A stretch of 62,040 nt of DNA, the filler included, from Sphacelaria rigidula (Eukaryota): NCBI GenBank assembly GCA_964200075.2. It is 10 parts of 10 records of this genome, joined end to end, with 100 filler letters (N's around TTAATTAATTAA, not from the genome) between each part and the next. Parts side by side here need not be neighbours in the genome. Positions count along the whole stretch, not along the records: positions 43,499 to 49,612 come from CAXNAA020022135.1; positions 49,713 to 55,826 come from CAXNAA020022136.1; positions 55,927 to 62,040 come from CAXNAA020022137.1; 7 more parts are not named here. One strand, given 5' to 3'. The position numbers and the translations under genes are program-made. Of the stretch, positions 49,087 to 61,169 are shown piece by piece; the stretch's first letter is position 1, and the number at the start of each line of letters is the position of its first letter. The notes below the pieces were generated by a model. That model saw nothing but the letters and a program-made list of their open reading frames with translations, had not been told where the DNA came from and did not search any database.

Positions 49087-49527
49087 CACGGGATCTTACA
49101 AATTGGGGATGGATCTTTTATTGGGGATGAGGAACCCGAAAAATTAAAACCTTCGTATCCACACCAAAGCTTCGATATATGGTTTCATTTCTTCACCTAC
49201 TGATAGCTATTGACAACCGCTACACGCCATAGAAATTTGGATTTCGATCACCGAAATTTCGGGGTCCTAGGTGAAAAAAATAATTTTAGAACCATTTTGG
49301 CGTCCGTTCGGACACCCGGAATGCCCCAAAACTGGTTTTTCACCTAGGGCCCCAACATTTCGGTTATCGAGATCCAAATTCGTATGGCATATAGTAGTTG
49401 TCAAAAGCTATCAGTAGGTGAAAAAATGGAGCCATATTTCGAAGATTTGGTGTGGATACGAAGATTTTAATTCTCTGGGTGTCTCATCCCCAATAAAAGA
49501 TCCATCCCCAATTTGTAAGATCCCGTG
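49087..49527. mobile_element. Near-palindromic MITE (fold-back) with CACGG...CCGTG termini
   Basis: CACGGGATCTTACAAATTGGGGATGGATCTTTT.ATTGGGGATGAG at both ends. The inverted similarity extends ~190 bp per arm. Confidence 0.9.
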
Positions 49528-49712
49528 TTTAATACTGGACGAATTTCCGTCAAAAAAAGGCTGTCGTGTGTAGATGATCAAGAGCTAGCGCTTGAGCTAT
49601 TGCGCGTGAGTGNNNNNNNNNNNNNNNNNNNNNNNNNNNNNNNNNNNNNNNNNNNNTTAATTAATTAANNNNNNNNNNNNNNNNNNNNNNNNNNNNNNNN
49701 NNNNNNNNNNNN

Positions 49713-49765
<53 letters not shown>

Positions 49766-49782
49766 GTAATAATAATAATAAT
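49713..49782. repeat. (TAA)n microsatellite at the contig start
   Basis: Directly visible. Confidence 0.95.
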
Positions 49783-49907
49783 GTTTCCACGGGTAAAAAC
49801 ACACAAAGAACATACTAAAAAAAAACATGATTTCCACCCGGTCATCTATTCCCTTCAATATCCATCGTAACTTTTTGCAGTAGCATTGTATGAAAAAAAA
49901 AACTCGC

Positions 49908-50103
49908 CTTCCAGTTCGTGATCAAAGCGCCTTTGTACAAAGCTCGCGTCTCTCGCGCAGATCGCCGAACACCCAGCCCTTGAAACACCCTCAGCACGAA
50001 AAGCGTAACCGCCAAATACGGAGGCGTTAGTAAAAGGCGATCGAGGGCAACCTTCAAGGTCACCTCTCGCGCATTCCCCGGTGCTTGGTCTGATTTCCGA
50101 CAC
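49908..50103 (-). CDS. Mpv17/PMP22 family protein, next exon (GC donor)
   Basis: aaaatcag| phase 2 matches the upstream exon. KVALDRLLLTPP...LYKGALITNWK, donor AAG|gcgagt. Confidence 0.88.
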
Positions 50104-50221
50104 CTGATTTTCGGATTCATTCATTGACGGGAAACAAAGAGACGCAACAAAAGAGAGGTGGATTTGTCCCAGTTCGGCGCCAGACTTTCCATGGTTGACG
50201 CATTCTTGAAATAGCGCCACG

Positions 50222-50315
50222 AGCCCGAACCCGAACCTGAACCTGAACCCGGACCTGAACCCGGACCCGGACCCAAACCTGAATCCGATCCGACTCGAAC
50301 CTGAACCCGAACCCG
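50222..50315. repeat. (GAACCY)n hexamer microsatellite
   Basis: CCCGAA / CCTGAA / CCCGGA units, directly visible. Confidence 0.9.
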
Positions 50316-50423
50316 AGCGCAGTGCATACCCAGAACCCTCGGGCAAGGGGGGGTGTGCAAAGGGTAAAGGGTGACATAAGCAGGTGTGTGCCGGAAAAAC
50401 GTCAAATCGGCGCCTGTGGCGTA

Positions 50424-50876
50424 GAGCACTCGGGACTGTCATTCCCACGGAAGATCCGAATGTCTATATATATACTCAAGTCAAGTAATTTTGACGATGG
50501 ACACCGTTCTGCGCACGCTGTAATAGGAGCACTTGAGACTGTCAGCACCAGTAAAGATCCGAATTTCGATGTCCATACTCAAGTCAAGTAATATTAACCA
50601 TCGACATCGTTCTGCGCACGCTACGAGTACGAGTACTTGGGACTGTCAGCTCCCGTAAAGATGCGAATGCCGGTGTCTAAACTCAATTCAAGTAATAGTA
50701 ATCACGGACATCGCTCTGCGCACGCTGGGAGCACTTGGGAATGTCAGCCTCACTAAAGATCCGAATATCAATGTCGAAATCTGCGCACACGACGAGTAGG
50801 AGTACTCGGGATTGTCAGCCCCAGTGAAGATCCGAATGTCGATGCCCATACTCAAGTCAAGTAATATTAACCATGC
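50424..50876. repeat. Minisatellite, ~103-bp unit, ~4.5 copies
   Basis: GAG(C/T)ACT.GG.A.TGTCAG...AAGATCCGAAT...ATACTCAAGTCAAGTAAT...TCTGCGCACGC at 50424, 50527, 50631, ~50729 and ~50800. Confidence 0.9.
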
Positions 50877-51257
50877 CGAAGTGAGAGACAAACTCTACTG
50901 AAACAACTTTGGGTATCTTGTGCTTACGCCAGGATTCGCAGTAGTTAGTCAAGGTGGCGCGAACTATTTGGTCGACAAATTCCGTGTGCGTGCGTGCGTG
51001 CGTGTGTGTGTGTGTGTGTGTGTGTGTATTATTATCCCATCTACTATGGACACCATTCACATGATCTGGGATTTTTCACCACAACACACAGACAGTAGCG
51101 ACTTCTACTGGGAGAATAGGGGTCGAAACGATAGGCATATCTACCCTGACTTTACTTCAGCCGACCGCCGCTTGGTACAGTAGTAGTGTCGCAATAGCTC
51201 AGCGGTGCAGGGTGCGGAGTACGGTTTGTGCCATAATTTTATCTTGATTTCATTTAT

Positions 51258-51564
51258 TTGTCGCACTTTGAACCCCTCCCCTTCCTCGGGATGAGTCCGT
51301 GGTCTCAGGGGATCAACCCATCTCTCCCCCGGTACACACCTTACATTTTGGTCTCGCGGATTGGGTCATGACTATCAGCACTCCCACACCGCGTCAACCC
51401 TCGTCAAACAAACTCAGTCGACTAATTTGTTTACTCGCGTTCTCACGCTTTCCACGGTGCAAATCAGACATGACGAAGGAAAAACCCAACGCATCGGGAA
51501 TCGAACCCTCGTTCTCTCCACCCTAATGGCGACAGTCGGACCATTACACCACCGGGGCGCGGCA
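51258..51564 (-). mobile_element. tRNA-derived SINE family A, full length
   Basis: Minus strand TGCCGCGCCCCGGTGGTGTAATGG (A box) ... GGTTCGATTCC (consensus B box), then body and tail AAAGTGCGACAAATAAATG. Confidence 0.88.
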
Positions 51565-52844
51565 TACCGCACACAAGAGACTCATGTGACAGCCAGCAGT
51601 TCAGTAACAACAGTCTCGGTACACGGAATACTACAGAGTGCACAATCGGCGGCGGGCGCGACGGATACGAAACGATTCGAGCAACCAATACAGTCATTAG
51701 GGGCGATACCGTGTAAATATATAGTAGTAACGCTGCCGGTGAAAAAGCACACGTACTGAACGTCCCTGGCCCTAGGGTCGTAAAGAGGGTGCACGGAGTA
51801 CTGCAGCGGTAATGCTGCTGCTACGGACACTTTCTACGATAGCCCTCCCCCAAAACCAGCCCAAAAGTGTCACGAAAAAAATGGTCATACAGCGCCTGGT
51901 GTTCGGGTCCAGGCTGCATGAAGCGCCTCATATGGACGACATTGGCGAGAAGCGACTTGAGTTTTTTTCTTCACGAGGAAAAAAAAAAAGAAGAGGATGT
52001 TCAGTTCAACCACGGGATTCTGTCGACCAGTGCACATGTGAAACGTACCGTACCTCTTTCGGCCCAGCGGATTGGGATGGTGCAATACGCGACGATCAAT
52101 CATAAAAATCGAGTCAATGAAACAACAAATGCACAACGCCGCAGGACGACGGCTGTTACTAGCGGGTGTATTCATAATCTTGCATGCCGCAGTCAGGAGA
52201 CCGTTGACCTCGCATCCCTACAAAGCCGAGACGAAACACACCGGGTTCTCTCTCGCCCGCAATCAATCACCAAGCGCGAAGCAGCGCCGTGATGTATTCG
52301 TCGAGTCGCGTGAAGAGTGAGCTGCATTCTACCCAGCTTGTTCGATCCGAAGCGTACTGATTATCTTGCACATGGATGACAGCCTACAATGAGTTGCTTT
52401 CATTTCCTGGTATCGCCGCTTCCAGAGACAGTCACGGCTTACACACTGCCTCATGGGTGTTTCAACATGTAAGCACTATAATAGTACGTCGTACGATCTT
52501 CGCTTTGCACGGATTTCGGGTTCACAAAAATGATCTAGCTTGACCATCGTCATAGCTACCGGAAAAAAAAAAAACGCAAGCGAAAAAAAATCGGTAACCT
52601 GCTTGCCTAGCTTACGCAGTGAGTGGCGTGTTTTACGGCGTCGCTGCCAACCGGCGCCAAACCCCAACAGGCGAGCTGTTGGTGGGCGGATGGGTGGATG
52701 GGTGGATACAAGGGGGAATATTCGGGTACAGTCGCCGTGTTTGTCTCAAGCAGCGTAGAAATGGAATGACGATGGACCTCGGATTTCCTGCAGTGATGAA
52801 AAACACACACGTGATTCGACCGTCTAGAAGCGCCAATACCGCCA

Positions 52845-53202
52845 AGCCCTGGTGCAAAAAAAAGTTCATTGTGAACCAGGCAAGCACGGTAGGATAGGAA
52901 GGTTGGGTTCGAATCCCGGCAGGAGGACTTTTCTTTTTTCGTGGAGACAACAGGAGAAAATTGTCTTTTTTTTTTCCCCGTTGTTGAATAAAAACACGAG
53001 GGACATGCGTGAAAAGTACCGAAATAAGAAGAAAAAAACTGACAAAAGTCGACGCGCGGTGCAGGAGTAATGCTGGTCCCATCAATCCGCGAGACCAAAT
53101 TGCAAGGTGTGCACTGTACCGGGGGGGGGAGATGGATGAATGACTTCTTGAGGCCAAGGAGTCGTCCCGAGGGAGGGAAGAGGTTGAAAATGCGACTGAA
53201 AA
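52845..53202 (+). mobile_element. SINE family A tail with another head variant. Extra tail fragments at ~53295-53355 and ~53440-53500
   Basis: B box GGGTTCGAATCCC. CAATCCGCGAGACCAAA...TCGTCCCGAGG...TGCGAC is shared with family A. Confidence 0.65.
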
Positions 53203-54412
53203 GATGGTGTTGAAAATGATGCGCTATGATACGAATGTAGCCGTGGCCAGTCACAAGATAGCCTCGATCATGACAATACCAAAGAAGCAACACCCCGCTT
53301 GAGACCACGGACTCATCCCGAGAAACGGGAGGGGTTAAAAATGAGACTAAAAAATAAGAAAAACTCATCCGATACGAATCCAGCCGTATTCAGTAACAAG
53401 ACAGCCTGGATCATGACAATACCAACAAAATCGAAATTCTTATTGAGATCACAGTCTCGTCCCAAGAAAGGAAAGGGGACACAAATGTGACTAAAAAAAA
53501 GGGGAAAACAAATCATTGGCTACGAATCCAGCCGGGGTCAGACCGCAAGACAGCGTGGATCATGACACACATAAAAAAAAGCAAAACGCCAAGGTTGTGT
53601 GTGTTGGATGGGGTGTTTCCTACATTTGGGTATTGTTCAAAAATCGTGCTCTGAGGACCCAAAACTTGGGTAGCGTATTGAGATCGTACTCAAAAGAATA
53701 AACCAGATATTGGGTAAGAGTATTGCGATCGTACCTCAGCTCTACCCAATATTTCACAACGTCGGACAGCTCATCAGCTACCTGAAATAGCTCATGGATG
53801 AGAGCTCTCAGATCCATTGTACAAAAACACAAAACACGTGACAGTAGTGTCCGAGGAGCCAAAGCGTTACCTTCCCGCTACACCGCGTGCTCGGTGTCCA
53901 TCGCTAATTGATGATTAGATTGATTGTCGCACTTTAACTGACCCCCCAGGGGTCCAGCCTTGGTCTCATGATAGACGTACCCAAGAAAAACGAAACTGAA
54001 ACACGCTCTGAAAATAGGAAGGAGCATAAAAAAAAATGTCGAACATAATGACATAGCAGACTAAGTCGTAACAAAAAAAAAAGGTGATAAAAAAAAGTCG
54101 ACACAAGCAAAGCACAGAAAGGAATGGCCGACCTAAAACAAAAAACAAAAAAAGGAAAAGAAGAGGAAAGTACAGAGCAAATAAAATAAGATACAATAAA
54201 ACGATGAAAAAAAAAAAGGCCCAAGGGATTCAGGGCATCGCTGTCGGGAGCTAATACGGAAATAGTGGCCAAATCAGCTAGCTCATGATACGGATCAGTA
54301 CTCTAATAATAAGTAATATCCACGTAGCTCATGAGCTGTCCGACGTGCTCAATATTTGGGTAGATCTTAGATATCAGACCATCGCAACACAATATTCGGG
54401 AGGGTTAAATAC

Positions 54413-54744
54413 CAGGGCTACACACGTTACACGTTCACGTTCACGTTCACGTTCACGTTCATCACGTAAAAAAATATATAGTGTTCACGTTACGTGACGT
54501 ATGTCACGTAAAAAACGATAACGTTACGTTCACGTTACATTTGAAAAAATGAGGTTACGTTCACGTTACGTTCATCACGTAAAAAAAAATTAAGGTTACG
54601 TTAACGTTACATTTGAAATTTTAATGTAACGTTCACGTCACGTTCATCGCGTAAAAAAAACGTAACGTTCACGTTACGTTTCGGCCAAAACGTAACGTGA
54701 ACAAAACGTGTAACGCTATGGCACGTGTAACGTGTAAAGCCCTG
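54413..54744. mobile_element. hAT-type MITE packed with CACGTT / AACGT subterminal repeats
   Basis: TIR CAGGGCT..ACACGTTACACGT / ACGTGTAACGTGTAAAGCCCTG. 8-bp TSD ttaaatac / gtaaatac (7 of 8). Confidence 0.9.
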
Positions 54745-54794
54745 GTAAATACCTGGTCATATACCCTACCCGAACACATCCATGCAAAACGCAC

Positions 54795-55025
54795 CTTGCC
54801 GCGATCCTCTCCAACTCCCCGTACCACCAATGAAACACAGGACCGTTGAGCAACAGACCGAACGCCGCAAACGCAACAGTCCTTCGCAATAGCCCAGGCG
54901 AAGGAACGTTCGGATGAAGACCCTTGTCGACTGAGGGCGGAGGGGGTGGTCTTCGTAAGCCTGTTGCGGCTACCTCTCCGAGACCGGACACAACAGCGGC
55001 CGTCAGGGATTTCGTGAGGAGTGGC
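54795..55025 (-). CDS. Mpv17/PMP22 family membrane protein, internal exon
   Basis: acacacag|, PLLTKSLTAAVVSGLGE...LRRTVAFAAFGLLLNGPVFHWWYGELERI, donor AG|gtgcgt. PLLTK and GPxxHxWYxxL are family motifs. Confidence 0.9.
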
Positions 55026-55440
55026 CTGTGTGTAGTGTAACGTGTGTGTGTGTCGGGCGGGGAGGGGGTGATGGGCGGAGGCGGGGAGGGGGGGGGGGAG
55101 GGGCGTACGAGCTGGGCCAGCTGACAGTGGTTTTTCAATGAATGGTGGGGATGCGATTGGTAATTCGAAGAGTTAGGTGCTGAAATTTTGAAACTAAATT
55201 TTTATCATCAACCCCCGCAACCCTGTGAGTGGTGCAGAGGGGGAAAAAAGCGCCAAAAAACAGGAAGTTAGAGCGAGTTGAAGTTTCAGCAAAAACAGAA
55301 AAAATGCTATAACTTCCTCAAAAAATGATAAAAACGACAACACTTTAACACATACGGGCACTCGCGTCGGCGATATCTTGGTAAAGTTTCGGCCAAAAAT
55401 ACCTCAAATTGAGCTTCGCGTTGCACTTCTCGTGTGACAC

Positions 55441-55526
55441 TGCCGCGCCCCTTTAATCCAGGTGTTTCAGGAGACTCCAGTTATAGAGGCCATGGGTTCG
55501 AATCCCGACACATCCTTTTTTTTTTT
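55441..55526 (+). other. Short tRNA-like SINE head followed by an oligo-T run
   Basis: TGCCGCGCCCC start (as in family A), GGGTTCGAATCCC B box, then T11. No full cloverleaf. Confidence 0.5.
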
Positions 55527-57429
55527 CGTCCGTCGTTGAGATAATATATTATGCAGTACATTTTTTTTCATTTTTTTCTTCATTCAGCGGCAGCGCCGCG
55601 TGTTTCCAGGTTGTTCTGCACTTCACAGCGATATGCTCAAGTCGCGCTGATTTGGGAAGCTTGCAAGGGTCGAGAAAAAAAAACGATTCGTCTGGAAATT
55701 ACTTCATTTTGGTGTAGTTGATTCGAATAGTACGAATCAATCCCTAGGCTTTGTTTTCAGCTTTGCAGCCCAGGTACACGCAGCTCAGACACGTGGAATG
55801 ACGCAAAAGTTGCGTGGATGCCCCTTNNNNNNNNNNNNNNNNNNNNNNNNNNNNNNNNNNNNNNNNNNNNTTAATTAATTAANNNNNNNNNNNNNNNNNN
55901 NNNNNNNNNNNNNNNNNNNNNNNNNNGTGCAGCGGGGGGCTAAATCAAGTGGCTCGACAGCAACGACGTTCAAAAGCCGTACGGGCTTCACGTGGAGGCA
56001 CTGCGCCATGCCACGCTCAGCTCAGGTGAGGGTTTGGATTTGTGCCCACACGCATGTTGGTTGTTGAATGCCGATTGCAATCGCCTGCTACGCTTCAGCA
56101 CAATGCGAGGACGCACGATCGTGAAGACGGTCGTGCTGATAAAGCATTCTGCCGGGGAGGTGACCGTGCTGCACTCGTGACACTACAGAGTGACTTGTAA
56201 ATTGCACCGCAACAGTAGGATTTAAAATATGCGGAGGATCTCGGATATTACTTGAGTACGATATAGAGGTCTGCGTAGTCGCCGCACAAGTCAGTAACAG
56301 TAACTGGTGAAGGACAGTATGAGGCGCACACTTCGAGCGGAACCCAGCGCCAATGAAATGCGACCTTGGTGTAAAATACGCCGGTGATTGGCTCGCAGAC
56401 TCCAGTCACACCTGCAGCCTACGGCCTACAGTACAGGAGTGAACAGTACAGTAGAGCCGGGGCAAATACAACAGCAGCATAGAAACGAAGCGACAAGCAG
56501 ACCAGCAAACAGCGAGGGTTACAATGCCGCCCGAGGGGGTCATTGCGATGCTCGTGTATCTGTATATCCCCATCTTAGTGTGGCTAGTTTTGTCTTCCCG
56601 CCGCCGCCACTGTTGGCGCCGATACCAGCTGTAGCGGCCCCCACGCTGACGGGTGCAAGCAGCACCACGGCTTTCCCCCCCCAGTTCTTCGCCTGATTTT
56701 AAACGGATCCTCAGTGTTTGCCGGGTGCCGATCTTGAACGCTCGGCCATAATCGCCCTTCGCGCAAAAAACAAATCACTACAGAATGATCCTAGTATTAC
56801 CAGTCAGGTTGGGCCGATTTCACCAGATCGCGATTGGGGGAGAAAACACCTGCGCAATTATCGAAATCGCCGTGCAAGCGATGGCATCCTGAACTCTCGT
56901 CCCTCGCGCATCCGCGTATACAGACAAGGAACGGCAGACCAAGACTTTTACCGACACAGCTTCTGCCGTCTAGAATCGGTGGGAAACCATCAAGAAGGAG
57001 GTCAAATAAGACCTAGTCGCCGTTATTGGCAGGTGAGGATCTGCGATGTTTTCGTGGGATCGGGAGTAAACGATACGAGAGTGAGAAGGGGTAAATCAAT
57101 GAATGAATCGTTTCGGTTCCGTAATGTACCGCGAGGCCCGATTCGCCTTTTGTAGTAGCTTCTCACCGAAGCCCTTGATATACCTCAGTAGGACATCGAC
57201 ATGTAGCTATACGCATACGCCAGTATTACAGGCAAAGACAAGCACGAACATAATGCAAAATTGGTAAAAAAAAACGGATGATAAAACCCACTCTCAATCA
57301 ACGCTCTACTCTCAATCTCAGAACACATTATTGATCGCGAGTTCGCAAATTCGAAGTTTATTCGGTGGGCGTAGGTTGACAACTGTAGTATGTTTGCACC
57401 TTTCGCTGGAGGGTGGAGTTCAGCGGTGA

Positions 57430-58835
57430 TGCTGTCGTCAGAATGTACGCAGGAAGAAGCGGTTTGCATAGGGGCTTTTGTGTGCAAGACGTCATGAACG
57501 GGGTACCCGAAAGCCGTTTCGTTGCGGACGATACACCGCAGCACAGTACGATGAGGGGACCACGATTGGGCTGCGGGGGAACAGCAACCACCAGCAGAGG
57601 GCGCTGACGGGGTACGACCGCACCGTCGCAGTTTATTCCCGATTTTATTCTGTCACGGTGCCGCTCGGTGCGCTTCTATTTCAGTGAAGCACAGATGTGC
57701 TGCTACCTTCCCGACCTATCGCATATACACTTGACCGCTAAGTGTACGTTTGACTGACGCCGCTGCCGTTGTCGTATTCTCTCATGCAGCAAAGTAAAGG
57801 TTGGCGACAAACTTCCCTCCGGTCAACAAATGCCGGATCTCATGGGGTGCGTTGTGGTGCATGTCTGGACTGTTACGCAGAGAAAACGATGGAGGATTGG
57901 AAGAAGCGACAAGCGCAGAAGACGGTGAGGAAAAAGTGTGACTCGACAGACATGTCGTTGAAGGGCGGCGAGGACGTGAGTCAGGGTGGGACAACCGACG
58001 GCGGGGCACGTGCGATGCCCAAGGACTGGGTTCCCCCTCATCTACTCGTCTATGCCTTCTGGGGTCCGCAGAGTGCAGTCCCTGAGCAGGAATTCGACCT
58101 GCTGACCTTCAGTGGGCCGGATAGGAAGAAGCGGCGAGTTTTCACCTAGACCGAAGCTGGCACCCCCGCGGAGGGAGACAGCACCGACGATCCGCCGGTG
58201 AATGCCGTTGAGTCGCCAGAGGCAATGAAGAAGCTCGACGACGACGGCGGCATAATGAGCCGCCGAAGCCTGTTGAAGGAGAAGGAGAAAAGCGCGGAGG
58301 AAAAAAACGCGTCGCCATTTACGCCGCACAGCGCAATAAAATCATAACCGCAATGCAGGGAGTCGTGAAACAAGCGTCGCAACTTCGGGTAGAGGTTGCC
58401 AGGGTGGCGGCGGTGTAGGAGCACCACCAAAAGGTGCGCATGCTGCAGAGCAGCGTATCTGTTTTTAAGGAGCTGGGGAGAGCCGTCGAGATGAAGGAGA
58501 AGCTGGCAGAGCTGCTGCAGGTTCTGAACGGCACCTCGGTCGAGAACTCTGCAGCCGCTTGTACCGAGAGCGTTGAAGTTCCAGCACAGTCAAAGCTCGA
58601 ATCACCCGGCCTACCTACCGACACCGACGTGACGGAGACCCAATCAACCTCGGATGCGAGCGAATATCTCATTGAGGGCGACGGCTGTGGAGCGTCTCAG
58701 TGTCCGCGCGGAGCTAGTCCGAGCAGCCCCGTCGGGGTTGGAGGGGGGGAGGGAGGGCAAGGGCGTGCGCAGGAGGGGGCCGCAACGGGTGTCCGCCATC
58801 GGAGGGACAATGCAGACCTCATCGACGTTAGCTGA
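57430..58835 (+). pseudogene. Disrupted charged/coiled-coil ORF, possibly the Myb/SANT-like accessory gene of a PIF/Harbinger element
   Basis: Coding-like GC-rich stretch (EDWKKRQ...WVPPHLLVYAFWGP...KELGRAVEMKEKLAELL) broken by stops and frameshifts. Upstream TQEEAVCIGAF weakly resembles a Myb helix. Confidence 0.4.
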
Positions 58836-60624
58836 CTTTTGCCACACGGAAGGGTGCGGTTGTACGTCATTTGACTGCGTTTGTTTGTTCACGCATATAT
58901 ATCCCTCCGAGTTTTTGTTTTCGATCTTGTCTCGGTGCTGGCTACGTTTGTTCGCGAGTCAATTCGTTTATCCATGTTTTCTTTTGTAATAGTTTCATAT
59001 TTTCCTCTACCTCTGTTTTGTCGACTAAAAAGCGACTGAGCGAAGAAGGGTGGGGTCTTCGGGGGTCGGTCGATGTGCGACAAAAAATCGCAGAAGAAAA
59101 AGAAGATACATAATATTGTGTTTGTACGAAAGATCAGCGAAGCATTTGTTCCTTCGGTTTTGTTCCACGGGAGTTCCTGGCCGGATTTCTATTTCCCTTT
59201 TTTGTTTTTGAAGTTTGGCCTGAGACGATCCCTTTTGTGTTTTATTTTCTATATTCATTTTTATCAAGCACACCACTTTTGTTGGCCGCGTCAACATCGA
59301 TGTAGCGGAGATGGATGGGGCCTCTTTTTCTTTTCACAGCGAGTATTTTAATTTTGGTCTGTCTGGGGTGCGTCTATCGTGTGACCACGGCTGGATCCCT
59401 GGGCTCCGCCAAAGCGCGACTATCAATCAAATCAAGCAATTTCTGTTTGATTCCTCACGAACATTAGCCCAGATTGCTGCACCCTCTCCTGAAACCTGTC
59501 GGTTGAACTGTCTCGCCGGATTTTCGGCCATGTACCGGCCGATGCCATAACATAAAATGCCATGAAAATGTGTCGCGGCTATACACGGCATTTGGTCTAC
59601 GTGCGAAGGAAAGGAAGGTGGAGAAGGAATGGTGCTTGGGGGGGGGTTCGCTGTCGCAACAGCAAAACGCGACCGGGCTTGTTATTTTCCTACAATGCAT
59701 ACGCCAACCAGTTTCTCGGAGACCGCTCACTGGAGACAGAGATCGGTCGAATCCAGCAACAAATCCGAGCTTTGTATGGACTTGACTGATCTACGAGAAA
59801 AAGCAGCGGAGACCGAGAAGAAGCAAGGTTGGCCAGAAAAAAATCGCCGACAGCGGGAAAATACCAAGGTGTGCTCGAACCGTCTCAACCAGTAGAGCAA
59901 GGCATTCCAAGGTGTCAAAACCCACCTTGCTCTCTTTTAGGGCGTACAAGTTTGGGGTGAAGTTGATTTGTTCACGACTCTACTCAGTGAGGTAGAGTCG
60001 GGTACGTTGTTGACTCTCTACCCGAGTGCTGCCACTAATGAAAAAAATCCGGGTGTGGTGCGTTGCTTGTGGGCAATGAGCAGCGTGTTTTGCTGTATGC
60101 TTCGCCGCGCAAAAACTTCGGTGCATGCACGTAATAACGGTGTTCGAAATGTACCCGACGCCTTCACCCGACAGCAGTGCGGTAAAGCCGCTGCAATTCC
60201 ATTCAGTATGGCTCGAGCCTGAGTCATCACACGTGGGTGCACAAACAAAACTATGAAGCAAGCGATTTGTTTCATTTTCCGACGGGAGTCAGTTTTGTCG
60301 TACGTCTAGGTCCAAAGAAGAAAGAACTCTGACCTTCCACACAATGATCGCACGGGCTGCCGAGGTTCGCACGTTTACGGTATACGTCTTGCAACAGGAA
60401 CGCCCACCCTATCCCTCTTCCCCCCATCTCGAACACCGGTACCGGCAACTTCTCGCTAAGACCCCGTCGCAACCCACACAGCATCGTATCCGCCGTTAAC
60501 GAGGAAGAGTTCACCAATGAATTCAATAACCGGCGTCTATAGTTCCACTCGCGCCTGCTGGACCATCCCATGAAATTTCACGACAAGTACGACATAAATA
60601 CGCTCTTTCGAATTTACGTCCCAA

Positions 60625-60885
60625 TGAGCAATGTCAAAAGTGGCAATGAACACCAGGCCACGAAATTACAACGGATACAACGACGAACGCTCGTTTAAAT
60701 CGTCAACCTCGGGCAGAAAAATCCACGTTGTATACAATTCGTGGACAAACTTTTCACAGAACTCGTGAAAAAACTGTCGCGAGAGCTGATCGCTCACAGA
60801 AGAACACTGTCCGTTGACGTCGAAGCAGTTGCCCCTCCCAAGCACATGCAAGCGCCCTCGCACCTGCCGAGGAGTAACGCCATCG
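60625..60885 (-). mobile_element. PIF/Harbinger transposase fragment
   Basis: LHVLGRGNCFD...SSVS...RQFFHEFCEKFVHELYTTWIFLPE fits the HTH region before the first catalytic Asp. Decayed F.G....D..HW remnants follow. Confidence 0.65.
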
Positions 60886-61169
60886 TACCAAAAACGCGTC
60901 AGACGGTGGAAATGTCTACACGATTGATGAAATGGGTATAACCGCCGCCTAATTCGGTGTCACGGTCGGCGAGGAAAGGGGACGGTGGACCCTTCTAACG
61001 ACAAAAGGTGGGGCAAGCACCGTAGAACAGAGGTGGAGTAGGAAAAAAAAAATCGATCCGGTTCGATCGAGGTGTTCGATGCTTGATTCACAGAGCGTTG
61101 ATGAAATGCACGCGACAGATTATTGTGCTTGCGATGCAAAGGCATACTAATACACTAAGTGTAGTTCAG

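Noticed and set aside
50222..50315. Telomere
   Set aside because: The units are CCCGAA / CCTGAA, not CCCTAA, and the tract is short and inside an intron.
50424..50876. CRISPR-like array
   Set aside because: The whole unit is homologous between copies, with no unique spacers and no identical short repeats. There are no cas genes, and the context is a eukaryotic intron.
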